From an uncultured delta proteobacterium (GTDB taxonomy: Bacteria; Desulfobacterota; Binatia; UBA9968): a stretch of DNA of 64,000 nt. The stretch is from the NCBI GenBank assembly GCA_963816145.1, contig CAWFJP010000004.1, forward strand, positions 192,001-256,000, read 5' to 3'. Shown here piece after piece: positions 19,449 through 31,665 of the stretch; positions within the stretch are counted from its first letter, which is position 1; every line of letters starts with the position of its first letter. Both the position numbers and the translations under genes were made by a program. A model generated the notes under the pieces. That model worked only from the letters and a program-made list of their open reading frames with translations. It was not told the origin of the DNA and made no database searches.

Positions 19449-21465
19449 GAATTACGTCTAAGCCAAAACCGCGGCCTGTCTGATAGGCGATTCCGGCGGC
19501 GAACAGTGCCACGAAAAGCATCAGACCTACGCTAACCAGGACCCAACGCCATTGGCCGGTTTCCTGGCGCATGACGGCGAGCGTCGCGGCACAGGGAACA
19601 AACAACATCGTTGCGGTCAGGAATGCGAGTCCCGCGGCCGGTGTCACATGCGTCGAAAGAATTTCCGCAAGTCCATCGCCCGCTACGCTGCTACCGTAGA
19701 GGATGCCGAGCGTGGCAAGCGCATTCTCCTTGGCGATGAAACTGCTGAGCAGCGCCACCAGCATGCGCCAGTCCATGCCGAGTAGTGCGCCCACGGGGCC
19801 AAGCAAATAGCCAAAACGGCCCAGGTAACTGCTCTCCAGGTCCGGCCCAGGGAAGTATCCCAGCGCCCAGATCAGCATCGACATCAATAAGATTATAGTT
19901 CCGGCTTTGCTCAGAAATGCCCGCGTGTTGTGCCACAAGTAATGCGCTACGCTGCGGGCAGTCGGAGCATGATAGAGCGGCAACTCCATGATGAACGGTA
20001 TTTGCCGGCCTTTGAAGACGGTGTAATTCAAAACTACGCCGATGACGGCCAATACGACTAAGTTCAGCGTCGCAAGTCCGAGGGCGACCGCGAGCGCCCA
20101 AGGGCCGAAGAACGGTGGCGCCAAAAATGCGATCACAGCGAGCCGGGCGCTGCACGGCACGAACGGCGCGAGCAGGATAGTCAGCAGGCGCGCCGCCGGC
20201 GCTTCGATCACGCGCGCCCCGATGACTGCGGGCACGTTGCAGCCGAAGCCGAGAAATAGCGGTAGAAAACTCTTGCCGTGCAAACCCATGACGTGCATGA
20301 AACGGTCCATGACGTACGCCGCGCGGGCAAGGTAGCCGGTGTCCTCGAACAATGCCAGAACCGTGAAAAACACCATGAGGACCGGTAAGAACGTCAAAAC
20401 CGTTCCTGCGCCGCCCGCGACTCCGTCGGCCAAGAAAGCTGCAAGCCACCGTGGAACCATCGGCAGTCCGGTGCGAATCCACGCGCGTACCGCCGAGACC
20501 AGGCGTTCATCCAGCCACTCCTGAATCGGCGTAGCGAGTTGAAAAGTCAGACCGAAAATCACCGTGAATACAGCCAGAAGTATTGCCATGCCCCAAATGG
20601 GATGCACGGCGTAGCGATCGAGCCGATCGGTGATGCTAACCTGACCGAGGCGCGGCTGCTTGACTGCGGCCCGAACCATGCGGCCGATCCATTCGTAGCG
20701 CCCGCTGGCGATATCCAAGCCGGCATCTTCATGGGCGTGGAGCAGCACGCTGATCTGCCGCCAAGCAGTGTCCGAAATCCACGAGCGGGCGAGCTCGGTG
20801 ATTTCCTGATCGCCTTCGAGAACCTTCAGCGCTACCCACTCGACGGGATAGGGTCGTGGTACGGCGGTTCCCAATAACGCGCGCAAATTCGCGAGCACAT
20901 CACGATGGGTTGCGCCGATCTCTGGTCGGGTCGGCCTGAAGCCCGCCGGGTTTAAGGCCAAGCGCACGGCTGCAGTCATGAGCGCCGGCACTCCTTCCGT
21001 GCGGCTCGCCACCATCGGCACGACCGGCAAACCAAGAGCGGCTGACAAGACATGGGCTTCGATCTCAATGCCCTCGGCAGCGGCGACATCCATCATGTTG
21101 ATTCCCAGGACAATCGGCGCTGGAAGGCATAGGAGTTCGGCAAGCAGATAAAGATTGCGTTCTATGGCCGCCGCGTCCGCGATCATCACGATGACATCTG
21201 GACGTTCTTGGAGAATAAAGTCCCGGGCAATCTTTTCTTCGAGCGAATTGGCGGTGAGACTGTAGGTTCCGGGTAAATCGACCAGACGGAGTGTAATGCC
21301 TTCCTGAACGCAGGTCCCTTCGCGACGCTCGACCGTCTTGCCCGGCCAATTGCCGACATGCTGGCTCAGGCCCGTAAGCAAGTTAAAGACGGTGGATTTG
21401 CCGACATTGGGCTGGCCGGCCAAACCGACCATCAGCCCTACAGGCCTGCTTCGATCGGAATTCAT
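19441..21465 (-). CDS. feoB: Ferrous iron transporter B
   Basis: GQPNVGKS, VGNWPGKTVE, DLPGTYSL, GFGCNVPA, FIMELPLY. Confidence 0.96.
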   Translation of the reverse strand: MNSDRSRPVGLMVGLAGQPNVGKSTVFNLLTGLSQHVGNWPGKTVERREGTCVQEGITLRLVDLPGTYSLTANSLEEKIARDFILQERPDVIVMIADAAAIERNLYLLAELLCLPAPIVLGINMMDVAAAEGIEIEAHVLSAALGLPVVPMVASRTEGVPALMTAAVRLALNPAGFRPTRPEIGATHRDVLANLRALLGTAVPRPYPVEWVALKVLEGDQEITELARSWISDTAWRQISVLLHAHEDAGLDIASGRYEWIGRMVRAAVKQPRLGQVSITDRLDRYAVHPIWGMAILLAVFTVIFGLTFQLATPIQEWLDERLVSAVRAWIRTGLPMVPRWLAAFLADGVAGGAGTVLTFLPVLMVFFTVLALFEDTGYLARAAYVMDRFMHVMGLHGKSFLPLFLGFGCNVPAVIGARVIEAPAARLLTILLAPFVPCSARLAVIAFLAPPFFGPWALAVALGLATLNLVVLAVIGVVLNYTVFKGRQIPFIMELPLYHAPTARSVAHYLWHNTRAFLSKAGTIILLMSMLIWALGYFPGPDLESSYLGRFGYLLGPVGALLGMDWRMLVALLSSFIAKENALATLGILYGSSVAGDGLAEILSTHVTPAAGLAFLTATMLFVPCAATLAVMRQETGQWRWVLVSVGLMLFVALFAAGIAYQTGRGFGLDVIHA

Positions 21466-21713
21466 TGGTCGATTTCCTCGACCAGGACTTTCATCGCTTC
21501 ATCGTGACCTAGAGCCACTCGGGTGTTGTGCACGCGCACCAACACAGGGCCGCGACCTGAGTTCTGCAACACCTCGAGCTGGGCTCCGTCGAGGAGCCCT
21601 AAAGCAGCGAGACGGCTTGACAGAGTGCGACCTGCGTTCACGCCGCGAAAAAACACGCGCGCGCCTGTGTCCATTTCGGCTAGAACTAGGCGGCGTGGGT
21701 TTTTGCTAGTCAT
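21462..21713 (-). CDS. feoA: Ferrous iron transport protein A
   Basis: RLAALGLLDG...GPVLVRV...RVALG; overlaps the feoB start. Confidence 0.9.
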   Translation of the reverse strand: MTSKNPRRLVLAEMDTGARVFFRGVNAGRTLSSRLAALGLLDGAQLEVLQNSGRGPVLVRVHNTRVALGHDEAMKVLVEEIDQ

Positions 21714-21987
21714 GAAGTGAGACCATCAATTATAAGAAGTTTGCCTCGATGATGGTAGACAGTCGGTCTTCATACAACTCCGGGTCGAAGTGGAGCTAGC
21801 GCTCCGGTCGTGCGAAGTACCGACGGAGTTCACCATCACCGCCGCCGTCATCGTCAGTGAGACACCAGCACACGCCAAGGTTAAGACCGGACACTCGCTG
21901 CAACGCCGCCCGCAGCAAGCCCTACTTCCGATAGTCGTTAACGTCACCGAAGTGTTGGTTCTTAATCGCCGGTTGTCTCAACCAGCG

Positions 21988-22049
21988 GCCTAACCGACAA
22001 GGTTCAGCGGCGGCGCAACGAGCGCCGGCCGCTGAACCCATTATTAGCT
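21988..22049. other. attC-like palindrome / katG terminator hairpin
   Basis: GCCTAAC...GGTTCAGCGGCGGCGC-AACGA-GCGCCG(G)CCGCTGAACC...ATTAGCT. Confidence 0.45.
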
Positions 22050-22077
22050 GACGGCTTTTTCGCCGTTTCTGCTACGA

Positions 22078-24285
<2,208 letters not shown>

Positions 24286-24419
24286 TTACTGCGTTGCTTT
24301 AGTTACTTATCTTGCGTTGGTTCCTTTTTTTTCTCTGCCATAAACGATTCCTCCTCCTATTTGAGTGTACGTCAAAACAATATTTTAAAAAATTAAAAGT
24401 GCTAGCCGTGATTGCAACG

Positions 24420-24914
24420 CTACTTCTTGATCATTAGTTCGAGATCTTCGGAGAGCGACTGAAGATCCTCCTCGTGCGCGACTTCGTCTTGGAGGATCTG
24501 CAGGACGATGTTGTACGTGACCGGGTCCTTGCCCTGAGTCGCTTCCAGAACTTTCTTGTAAAAGCCAATGGCGCAGCGCTCGCCCTTGATGTTTTGGTTG
24601 AGAATCGTCTCGACGAACGGGTCATCGGGCGCGTCGTAGCCGCAACTAGTTACCTCGTACCACTTTTTCGGTTCGGTCACCGGTGTGCCACCGAGCTGAA
24701 TGATGCGGCCCGCGATCATACCGGCGTGGCGCAGCTCGTCGGTGGCATGTTGCAAGAGCTCAGCGATCACCGCTTCCTTCATCGGACCCTTCACGACCTT
24801 GGAGCCAAGCCAGTACTGGTAATAGGCGAGCCACTCATCGGCGAAAGCCATGTTAAGCAGCTTCAACAGTTGGTCGACATCCATGCCGACGATTTCTCTT
24901 CCTTTTGTGCCCAT
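24420..24914 (-). CDS. Ferritin-like (DPS-like/bacterioferritin-related) protein
   Basis: AFADEWLAYYQYW, DELRHA, RIIQLGG, GERCAI, DEVAHEEDL di-iron ligands. Confidence 0.9.
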   Translation of the reverse strand: MGTKGREIVGMDVDQLLKLLNMAFADEWLAYYQYWLGSKVVKGPMKEAVIAELLQHATDELRHAGMIAGRIIQLGGTPVTEPKKWYEVTSCGYDAPDDPFVETILNQNIKGERCAIGFYKKVLEATQGKDPVTYNIVLQILQDEVAHEEDLQSLSEDLELMIKK

Positions 24915-25001
24915 ATTTTCTCCTCCTCTAAACTTAAATTTTCAGATGCACGATCGCCATTTAATTCCCTTGAGCGCTGGCGACTCATCGCCATAAGCGA
25001 C

Positions 25002-25065
25002 AAGAGCCCGCGCTTCGCCGCAAAAGCGAAACGACGGGCTCTGGGTTCGTGACCGCTGGCCTCTT
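25002..25065 (-). ncRNA. Conserved leader/attenuator motif, copy A (candidate cis-regulatory RNA)
   Basis: AAGAGGCCAGCGGTCACGAACCCAGAGCCCG-loop-CGGGCTCTT upstream of the ferritin-like gene and katG; weak U tract. Confidence 0.7.
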
Positions 25066-25080
25066 GATTCTGGGTGATAA

Positions 25081-25096
25081 AGCACTTCGCGTGCCA
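25081..25096 (-). promoter_or_regulatory. Putative sigma54 promoter
   Basis: TGGCACG-CGAA-GTGCT; predicted start falls just before motif copy A. Confidence 0.55.
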
Positions 25097-25444
25097 CGGT
25101 CAATGACGTGGATTTTCGACGCCGCACCGGAGTCAAATTGTCACTTTTGAAAAATTGCGCAGCGAAACAATCCAATTATGAGAAGTGGCGGTGTCGTTAG
25201 ATTGCTGAGAGTCGGGGCGATCGTTATCTTTGTTCTTTGCCTGAGCGCATGTTTGGATGAACGCTCGGAAGTTAAAAAAGTCGGTTACGAGAACTACCTG
25301 ACGCGGCAGATATTTAACAAAAGCTGAACTTTGGCAACAAGCGACAGACGGTTAGAAGGTTTCAGCACCGCGTGTTCGCACATGCCGTTTGGCCAATGTC
25401 CCGGACGCTTCGATCATCGCTTTTTGTCGTTTTGAACCAGTCGA

Positions 25445-26122
25445 TCATTTTGACTGCCAAGTTATCCCTTCGGCTTGCTCGAAAGAGAGCGACGAGATAT
25501 GGCGGGTTCGGTTGAATTTTTCTTCGCCGCTGCCGCCTGCTTTGTCGTCGAAGTGAGTCACCTCCAGCACATACCGACCTGCCCAGGGCATCGGCAAAGT
25601 AACCCGGCCCTGTTCGTTTGTGGTGAGAGGTTTTTCCCATTTCGATGGGCCGATAATCGTGAGTTCGGCTTTCGGAAGCGGCGATCCGAGAAAAATCAGC
25701 ACAAAGGTACTGCCGTTGGCTTCTGCGGGCACTAACTCCAAGTCGAGGTTCGCACTAGTTTCCGAACGCCCATGCTTGGCGTGATAGATTGTCTTGGTTG
25801 TGCCGCCTTTTTCGTTGTCCTCGCGCGGCGGCACGCTGCTGTCCACAAAGCGCACGTCGCCAATACCCTGGGTGGCAAATTCGAGGTTGTTGTCATTGCG
25901 TTTAACCTGAAGCGGTTGGTTATTCGCGCCGACAGTTACGCGCGGCGCTTTGAATCGATCGAGCAGGCCGCCGGTTTTTTCGCGGATATCGTCGATCCAT
26001 TCGCCGAAATAGGCGCGGGTAGCGCCGTCGCCTTGGCGTTCGAGCCAGAGGAAATGAGCATGAGCGGAAGGAATTAGCGCCAGCGTCGCAAACATCGTGA
26101 AGAGGGAGATCAACTTGGCCAT
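25445..26122 (-). CDS. DUF4198-like periplasmic protein
   Basis: Signal peptide ending AHA|HFLWLE, YFGE, LELVP, TNEQGRVTL, GRYVL; GGAG RBS before ATG 26122. Confidence 0.75.
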   Translation of the reverse strand: MAKLISLFTMFATLALIPSAHAHFLWLERQGDGATRAYFGEWIDDIREKTGGLLDRFKAPRVTVGANNQPLQVKRNDNNLEFATQGIGDVRFVDSSVPPREDNEKGGTTKTIYHAKHGRSETSANLDLELVPAEANGSTFVLIFLGSPLPKAELTIIGPSKWEKPLTTNEQGRVTLPMPWAGRYVLEVTHFDDKAGGSGEEKFNRTRHISSLSFEQAEGITWQSK

Positions 26123-27965
26123 GAGGGTTCTCCTTTGGTTTCTGCCGAGAGAGCCGTTCGTTGATCTTTTTCGAACTGCGCTAGAACGCCGTCGAACCAA
26201 CGCTTGGCCGGTTCGTCGTAATCGACATCGCAATCGACGCGGGGATAGATACGCGCGGCGCCATGCCGTTCCAGGGCGGCGTCGAAATCGCGGCCGCACT
26301 TGCAGAAGTGGTCGTAGGTCGTGTTGCCGAGCGCGAGCACGGAAAATTTGATGCCGCTCAGGTCGAGGCCGTTGCCGTGCACCAATGCTTGCCAGAAAGG
26401 CGTGGCGTCGTCGGGTGGTTCGCCGTCGCCATAGGTGCTGACCACCATCAGCACGCAGTTTGCCTGCTTCAGTAGGTTTGTCTCACAGCGCGCCATGTCG
26501 CACATTTGTGCCGTGATATTGGCGCGCCGAAGCGCTGTTGCGAGCTTTTTCGCGAGCATTTCGGCGTTGCCGGTGACGGTACCGTAAAGAATGAGCACCG
26601 AATCGTTATTGCCCGGTGCCCCGGTCAGTTCGGCGCTGGCATGGTCGTGACCGTTGTGGGAATGGCCATTGTTGCTGAAATTAGAGTTCGTTTCTTCCAT
26701 CGGGATACTCGCGAGCTCCTCTGCTATTTTATTGTTTTGCGGCAGGGTTTGTATGACTGTTGGAGCGGCTTCCACCGGCGCGATTTGATATTCCACGGTG
26801 CTGGCAACTTCGGCATCGCGTTTACGATAGCGGAAGCGCCGCCAGGCCATGGCGAAGCCGGTCCAAACCAGAAAGCAGCCGCCGAGCGAAGCCAGGCCGG
26901 CGACGGTTTGGCCGGCAAAACCGAGAGCTTCACCGGTGTGGAGGCCGCGCACCCAGGTTCTCAGCTTTCGTCCCGGGCTCGCGGCGCCGTAGGGTTCCCA
27001 TTTGACGACTGCGGCGCTGGCGCGATTGAGCACCAGTTGCGATCGCGCGAAGATATGCGGCGCGGTGGGTTCCTGGATCAAAAGTGTGACCGGGCCATCG
27101 CCGCGCGGCGGCAGGCGCATCGTCATCATGATCCAGCCAGGCGCCTGTTGCTCGGCGCGCGCCAGAAAGGCGTCGAAGCTCGCCAGCGGCTTGCGCGAGC
27201 GCGGCTCTGCGCCGGCGCCGCGCCGCTGCTGGGTTTGCGCCATCGGACCGGAGGGCTGGGCTCGCGGCGGCGGCTCGCTGCCGGTCAAGGTAAAAAGCAG
27301 ATCGTTGGCCCATGGGTACGACATCACCGCGGCGGTGAGCGTAAGCACCACCAGCACACTGGACGACCAGAAACCGATGACGTTATGCCAGTTCCAATCG
27401 CGGGCTTTACCGCGCAGGTGAAGATTGAAAAGGAGGCTGGACTTCAATCCCCGCCAGTGCCAGCTGCGCGGCCACCAGAGATAGACTCCGGTGACGGCAA
27501 GCCAGAAAAAGGCCAGATTGCAGGCGCCGGTGATGGCTCGGGCGGTGGCTCGGCCTTCGCCTTCCGTGCCGAGCCAGCGGTGCCACTCGATGACCTCGTG
27601 AAACCAGTCGTGCAGTTTTGATTCCTCGCCGAGAACCGCACCGGTATAAGGGTTGACATAATTCGCGCCTTCGCGGCCGAAGTCGACGGCCACGGCGGCG
27701 GTCGGTTCGTTGCGCAAGACAATCGCCGGTGACTTGGGCCTTGGGGTTTTGTTCGCGCACGTTGGCTTATCAGTTCATCCAGACTCAGATCGTTGCGCGC
27801 CGGCGCCCGGCGCGCGACCTGTCGCACGTCGCGTTCGGCGTATTCGACCAGCTGGCGCTCGTACATCACCACAAAGCCGGTGGCGGACATGATGAAAATG
27901 ACCACGCCGCCGATGGTGCCGGCGAGCAAATGGGACCAGAAAATAATTTTGTGCATTAACTTCAT
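26110..27965 (-). CDS. PepSY-associated TM protein fused to flavodoxin; frameshifted near 27720-27820
   Basis: N-terminal IFWSHLLAG in one frame; YVNPYTG, WHRWL, WHNVIG, LHTGE in another; then LYGTVTGNAE...STYGDGEPP...LGNTTYDHFC flavodoxin. Confidence 0.85.
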
Positions 27966-27980
27966 GGGTCTTCTCACGTC

Positions 27981-28529
27981 CTAGTTTGTGTTGCCGATCT
28001 TGAGAGACGCAAACTCGGCACGCAGCCAGTCACGCAAGAGATCTTTCTCGTAACGCAGGTAGTCATCGGGGGGATAGACGACGCGCATCTGATAATCGAT
28101 ATCGGTAAGGTCGCGTTTGCCTTCCGCGACCGCCTGCCCGGCCGCATCGACAGCGCGAAACTCGAGCGCGATGCGCGGCGGATAGATGCCTTTGATCACC
28201 CGCACTTGATCGCGCACCGGGCCGCGAAAGAGCTCGAAGTCTCCGGCCAAGTCGACATCGGTGATCCTGATTTCAAGCCGCAGCGGTTCCGGCAGCGCGT
28301 CTGCGCCGGTCTCGACGATGTAGCGTTGCAGCTGCAGCAGTATCGCCGGCGAGTAGCGTTCCGCTTGCGAATAGCGCATGTCGGTAAATTTCTCCGGATC
28401 GACGAAAACAACGGAGACGCGCGCGGTCGCATCGGCGGCAGCAGAGTTCGGAACCTGGGCAGGCAAGCTGCCGAGGAGAATCGTTGCCGCCAAGACGTGG
28501 GTAGAAAATGGGATCTTCATCGTTCTCAC
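27981..28529 (-). CDS. DUF3016-like exported protein
   Basis: [34 protein letters not shown]. Confidence 0.75.
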   Translation of the reverse strand: MRTMKIPFSTHVLAATILLGSLPAQVPNSAAADATARVSVVFVDPEKFTDMRYSQAERYSPAILLQLQRYIVETGADALPEPLRLEIRITDVDLAGDFELFRGPVRDQVRVIKGIYPPRIALEFRAVDAAGQAVAEGKRDLTDIDYQMRVVYPPDDYLRYEKDLLRDWLRAEFASLKIGNTN

Positions 28530-29206
28530 ACCTCGGCGAAACGGCGCAGCAAGTTGTGATAGCAGTTGGTCAACTCCACCACCGCGCCGTGGTTCGGCAA
28601 CGCCTGGTTCACTTTGTTGATCGCCATGTCGAGATCGAAAAGCAGGGTTCGAGCGGCCTCGTCGCGCACCATGCTCTGGACCCAGAAAAACGACGCGAGG
28701 CGCACGCCGCGGGTCACCGGGTTGACATGGTGCAGGCTGCTCGCCGGGTAGACCACCATGTCGCCGGCGTTGAGTTTTACCGCATGGGCGCCGTAGACGT
28801 CTTCGATGACCAGCTCGCCGCCGTCGTAGTCTTCGGGCGCGCTGAGAAAAAGCGTTGCCGATATGTCGGTGCGAATGCGATAGGGCGTGCCGGGGATTTG
28901 CCGAATCGAATTATCGAGATGAGCGCCGAAGCTTTCGCCGCCTTCGTAGCGGTTGAACAGCGGCGGGAAGACCCGCAGCGGCAACGCCGCGGTGATAAAC
29001 AGCGGGCTGCGCTCCAGCGCCGCCACGACCAGATCGCCAAGCTCCCGCGCCTCCGGACTATTTTCCGGCAATTGACGGTTGTCTTTTACCACGGCTGACT
29101 GATGTCCCGCAGTCACCCGGCCGTCGATCCAGGTCGCGCGATTCATCGATTCGCGGCAGCGCGCGATCTGTTCGGGGTTCAGGACATTGGGAACTTGGAC
29201 GATCAT
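28526..29206 (-). CDS. piuC: PKHD-type Fe(II)/2-oxoglutarate dioxygenase (PiuC/YbiX-like)
   Basis: [40 protein letters not shown]. Confidence 0.9.
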   Translation of the reverse strand: MIVQVPNVLNPEQIARCRESMNRATWIDGRVTAGHQSAVVKDNRQLPENSPEARELGDLVVAALERSPLFITAALPLRVFPPLFNRYEGGESFGAHLDNSIRQIPGTPYRIRTDISATLFLSAPEDYDGGELVIEDVYGAHAVKLNAGDMVVYPASSLHHVNPVTRGVRLASFFWVQSMVRDEAARTLLFDLDMAINKVNQALPNHGAVVELTNCYHNLLRRFAEV

Positions 29207-29221
29207 TCTTATGCCGACTCC

Positions 29222-31381
29222 TTAGAACTTGAAATTGGCGCTGCCGAGGAACGTCCGTCCGGCAGCCGGGATCGCTTTCGAACCGGAGATGCTATCGAAA
29301 TAAAGCTGGTTGGACAGATTGAGCGCGTTAACCCGGAACTGAATGTTCTTGGTGATCTGGTACGCGACGGTCGAATCCCATCGAATGTAACCCGGGATGC
29401 GATTGGTGTTGGCGTTATTGGAGTATCGGCTGTCGACATAGGAGGGGCCACCGCCGATCTGCCATTTTTCCAGAAAGTCGTAGGTGATCCAAACGTTGGC
29501 GCTGTTCTTCGGCGCGTTTTGGATTTCGTTACCAACAATACTCGGAATGGTATTATCTTTAAGTATCTCGGTATCGAGAAAGGTGTAACCGCTGAAAATG
29601 TTCAAGCCCGGAAGCAGGCGGCCGGTCACCCCGATCTCGAAGCCCTGTGAACGCTGTTTACCGGTCACGACGTTGGGCAGAAGGGGATCGATCGGATTCG
29701 GCGTGCGCGCGTTCTTTTTGTCGATGCGAAAGATTGCGCCCTGGACACTCAAGGCGCCGCCGAAGAAATTCAGTTTGGCGCCGACTTCGAAGATCTCGTT
29801 TTGTTCCGGCGGAGTATTGTTGGTGGCTGGGCTGAGGGCGACGCCTTCGGCGGATGGATTGAACGAGGTGCCGTAAGAAAAATAATAACTTTGCCAATCC
29901 GTCGGGTGAAATACCAAGCCGCCGCGATAACTCCACTCTCTGTCGATTTGTTTTCGCTTGTCGTTAAGGAAATAGTCCTTGACTTGGCTGTCGAAGTAGT
30001 CCCAACGGACACCGCCGACGAGATCGAAATACTCGTTTAGCTTGATTTGATCAGCCGCGTAAATGCCAAAGCTGAACGCGTTGGTATCGGATTCCGCAGC
30101 GCGGGTTCTCGGGTTCGGAGGCTGGTTGTTGTTGGGATTGTTGATGGTTGTGTTGGGACCGGCGCTGGCCCAGCGTATCAAGTCGAAAGTCTCGCGCGCC
30201 AGTTCAATCCCGGTGGTGACCGTGTGTTTGAAACTGTAGGTATAAAACTTCGCCGTGAGGTCCGATTGGTTGCTCAAGATGCTTTCCTGGGTGTCGCGCT
30301 GCGGGCGGCTTCGGTTCAGTGTATTCGGTCTAGGTATTACTGGTATGATGGGATTGGTAACTGCTGATTCTCGGTCAACGTAGCTGTAGCGCAGCGTATT
30401 GCGCAAGTTGAATATGTCGTTGAAGGTGTGATCGAGTTTCAGTGTGCCGATATTCACCGTCGTTTCTTCACGATCATCGTGAGTTAAGCCATACCAGTTG
30501 CTGCGGTCGGTGCGTAACGGCTTGCCGTCCTTGTATGGGAATCCGTAATCAGGAATATTGTCTTCATGTTGCAGCAGGTAGCTCAACGTCACCTGCGTCG
30601 GTGTGCCCAGGCCGAAGGCAATCGACGGCGCTAGACCCAGCCGCTTGACTTCGATCTTGTCCCGCTCCACGACGTCGTCCCTATGTGCCATGAGGTTGAT
30701 ACGGAAGGCGGCGTTGGGAAGCAGTTGAGGGATCGGTTGATTGACATCGATGGTGCCGCGCAGATACATGTTGCCGCCGGCGGTAAAAATGCCGTCGTAG
30801 CTCGGGTCGAGGCGGGGAGTCTTGCTGACCTGATTGATCACACCGCCGGTGGAGCCGCGCCCGAAATAGGTCGAAGACGGTCCCTTCAACACCTCGACGG
30901 AGTCGAAATTGAATGAATCGCGAAAATAAGAGCCGGCGTCGCGCACGCCATCGATATACATATCGTTGCGCGCATTGAACCCGCGTAGCGTAAAAACATC
31001 GCCCTGGGCGCCGCCGCCTTCGCCGGCTGTGGCGGTGATGCCAGGCACGTTGCGCAGGGCATCGCGCAATGTCGTACCGGCCTGTTCCTCGAGGAGTTTT
31101 TCCGGCACGATGGTAATCGATTGCGGGATGTCGATCAGCGGCTCGGGAAACTTCGAGAGCGAGGACTGCGGCACAATGTAGGGACTGCTTTGGTCTTGCA
31201 CCACCACCGGTGGCATGGCGATCGGTTCGTCTGGTTTGGGCTCGGCGGCCGCCGCATGGCTCGCCAGCGCAAAGCTGAAGGCCACTGCCTTGCCCACGCC
31301 TTCGCCGGCGGCGAGACAGATTTTTTGAAATGCCGTCTTATTGGATTTTCTTTCGATCGCGCGTTTTTGTTGTCGAGTCAT
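29222..31381 (-). CDS. TonB-dependent siderophore receptor (Fiu/PiuA-like)
   Basis: DIPQSITIV, LRNVPGIT, EVLKGPSS...GRGSTGGVINQVSK plug; C-terminal Phe; adjacent to piuC. Confidence 0.93.
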   Translation of the reverse strand: MTRQQKRAIERKSNKTAFQKICLAAGEGVGKAVAFSFALASHAAAAEPKPDEPIAMPPVVVQDQSSPYIVPQSSLSKFPEPLIDIPQSITIVPEKLLEEQAGTTLRDALRNVPGITATAGEGGGAQGDVFTLRGFNARNDMYIDGVRDAGSYFRDSFNFDSVEVLKGPSSTYFGRGSTGGVINQVSKTPRLDPSYDGIFTAGGNMYLRGTIDVNQPIPQLLPNAAFRINLMAHRDDVVERDKIEVKRLGLAPSIAFGLGTPTQVTLSYLLQHEDNIPDYGFPYKDGKPLRTDRSNWYGLTHDDREETTVNIGTLKLDHTFNDIFNLRNTLRYSYVDRESAVTNPIIPVIPRPNTLNRSRPQRDTQESILSNQSDLTAKFYTYSFKHTVTTGIELARETFDLIRWASAGPNTTINNPNNNQPPNPRTRAAESDTNAFSFGIYAADQIKLNEYFDLVGGVRWDYFDSQVKDYFLNDKRKQIDREWSYRGGLVFHPTDWQSYYFSYGTSFNPSAEGVALSPATNNTPPEQNEIFEVGAKLNFFGGALSVQGAIFRIDKKNARTPNPIDPLLPNVVTGKQRSQGFEIGVTGRLLPGLNIFSGYTFLDTEILKDNTIPSIVGNEIQNAPKNSANVWITYDFLEKWQIGGGPSYVDSRYSNNANTNRIPGYIRWDSTVAYQITKNIQFRVNALNLSNQLYFDSISGSKAIPAAGRTFLGSANFKF

Positions 31382-31412
31382 CCTATCCTCCGTGAGTTCA
31401 GATTGCTTGATC

Positions 31413-31456
31413 GGCTGGCTTTCCCTGTCCGGAGAACTGGATGGATGGCTGGCTGG
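31413..31456 (-). promoter_or_regulatory. HemP/HmuP-responsive-element-like CCAG repeats
   Basis: CCAGCCAGCCATCCATCCAG...AGCCAGCC between the hemP stop and the receptor RBS. Confidence 0.55.
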
Positions 31457-31465
31457 ATCGTAAGG

Positions 31466-31657
31466 TTACTTGGTCAATATTAGCTTGCCGTTTTTGGTGA
31501 TGCGCAGGTTGTACTCCTCCTTTTGATGCACGATGACGATCTCGTTGTTGCCTTGAAATAGGTGGGCGCTTTCAACGCGCGGTTTTTTCGCTGCCGGAGC
31601 GAGGATCGACGGCTCGGCTGTCGGTTTGGCGGCGCAATGGACAAGTATTTCTGCCAC
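31466..31657 (-). CDS. hemP: Hemin uptake regulator HemP/HmuP
   Basis: SAHLFQG..EIVIVH..EEYNLRITKNGKLILTK signature. Confidence 0.92.
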   Translation of the reverse strand: MAEILVHCAAKPTAEPSILAPAAKKPRVESAHLFQGNNEIVIVHQKEEYNLRITKNGKLILTK

Positions 31658-31665
31658 GGCGTTTC

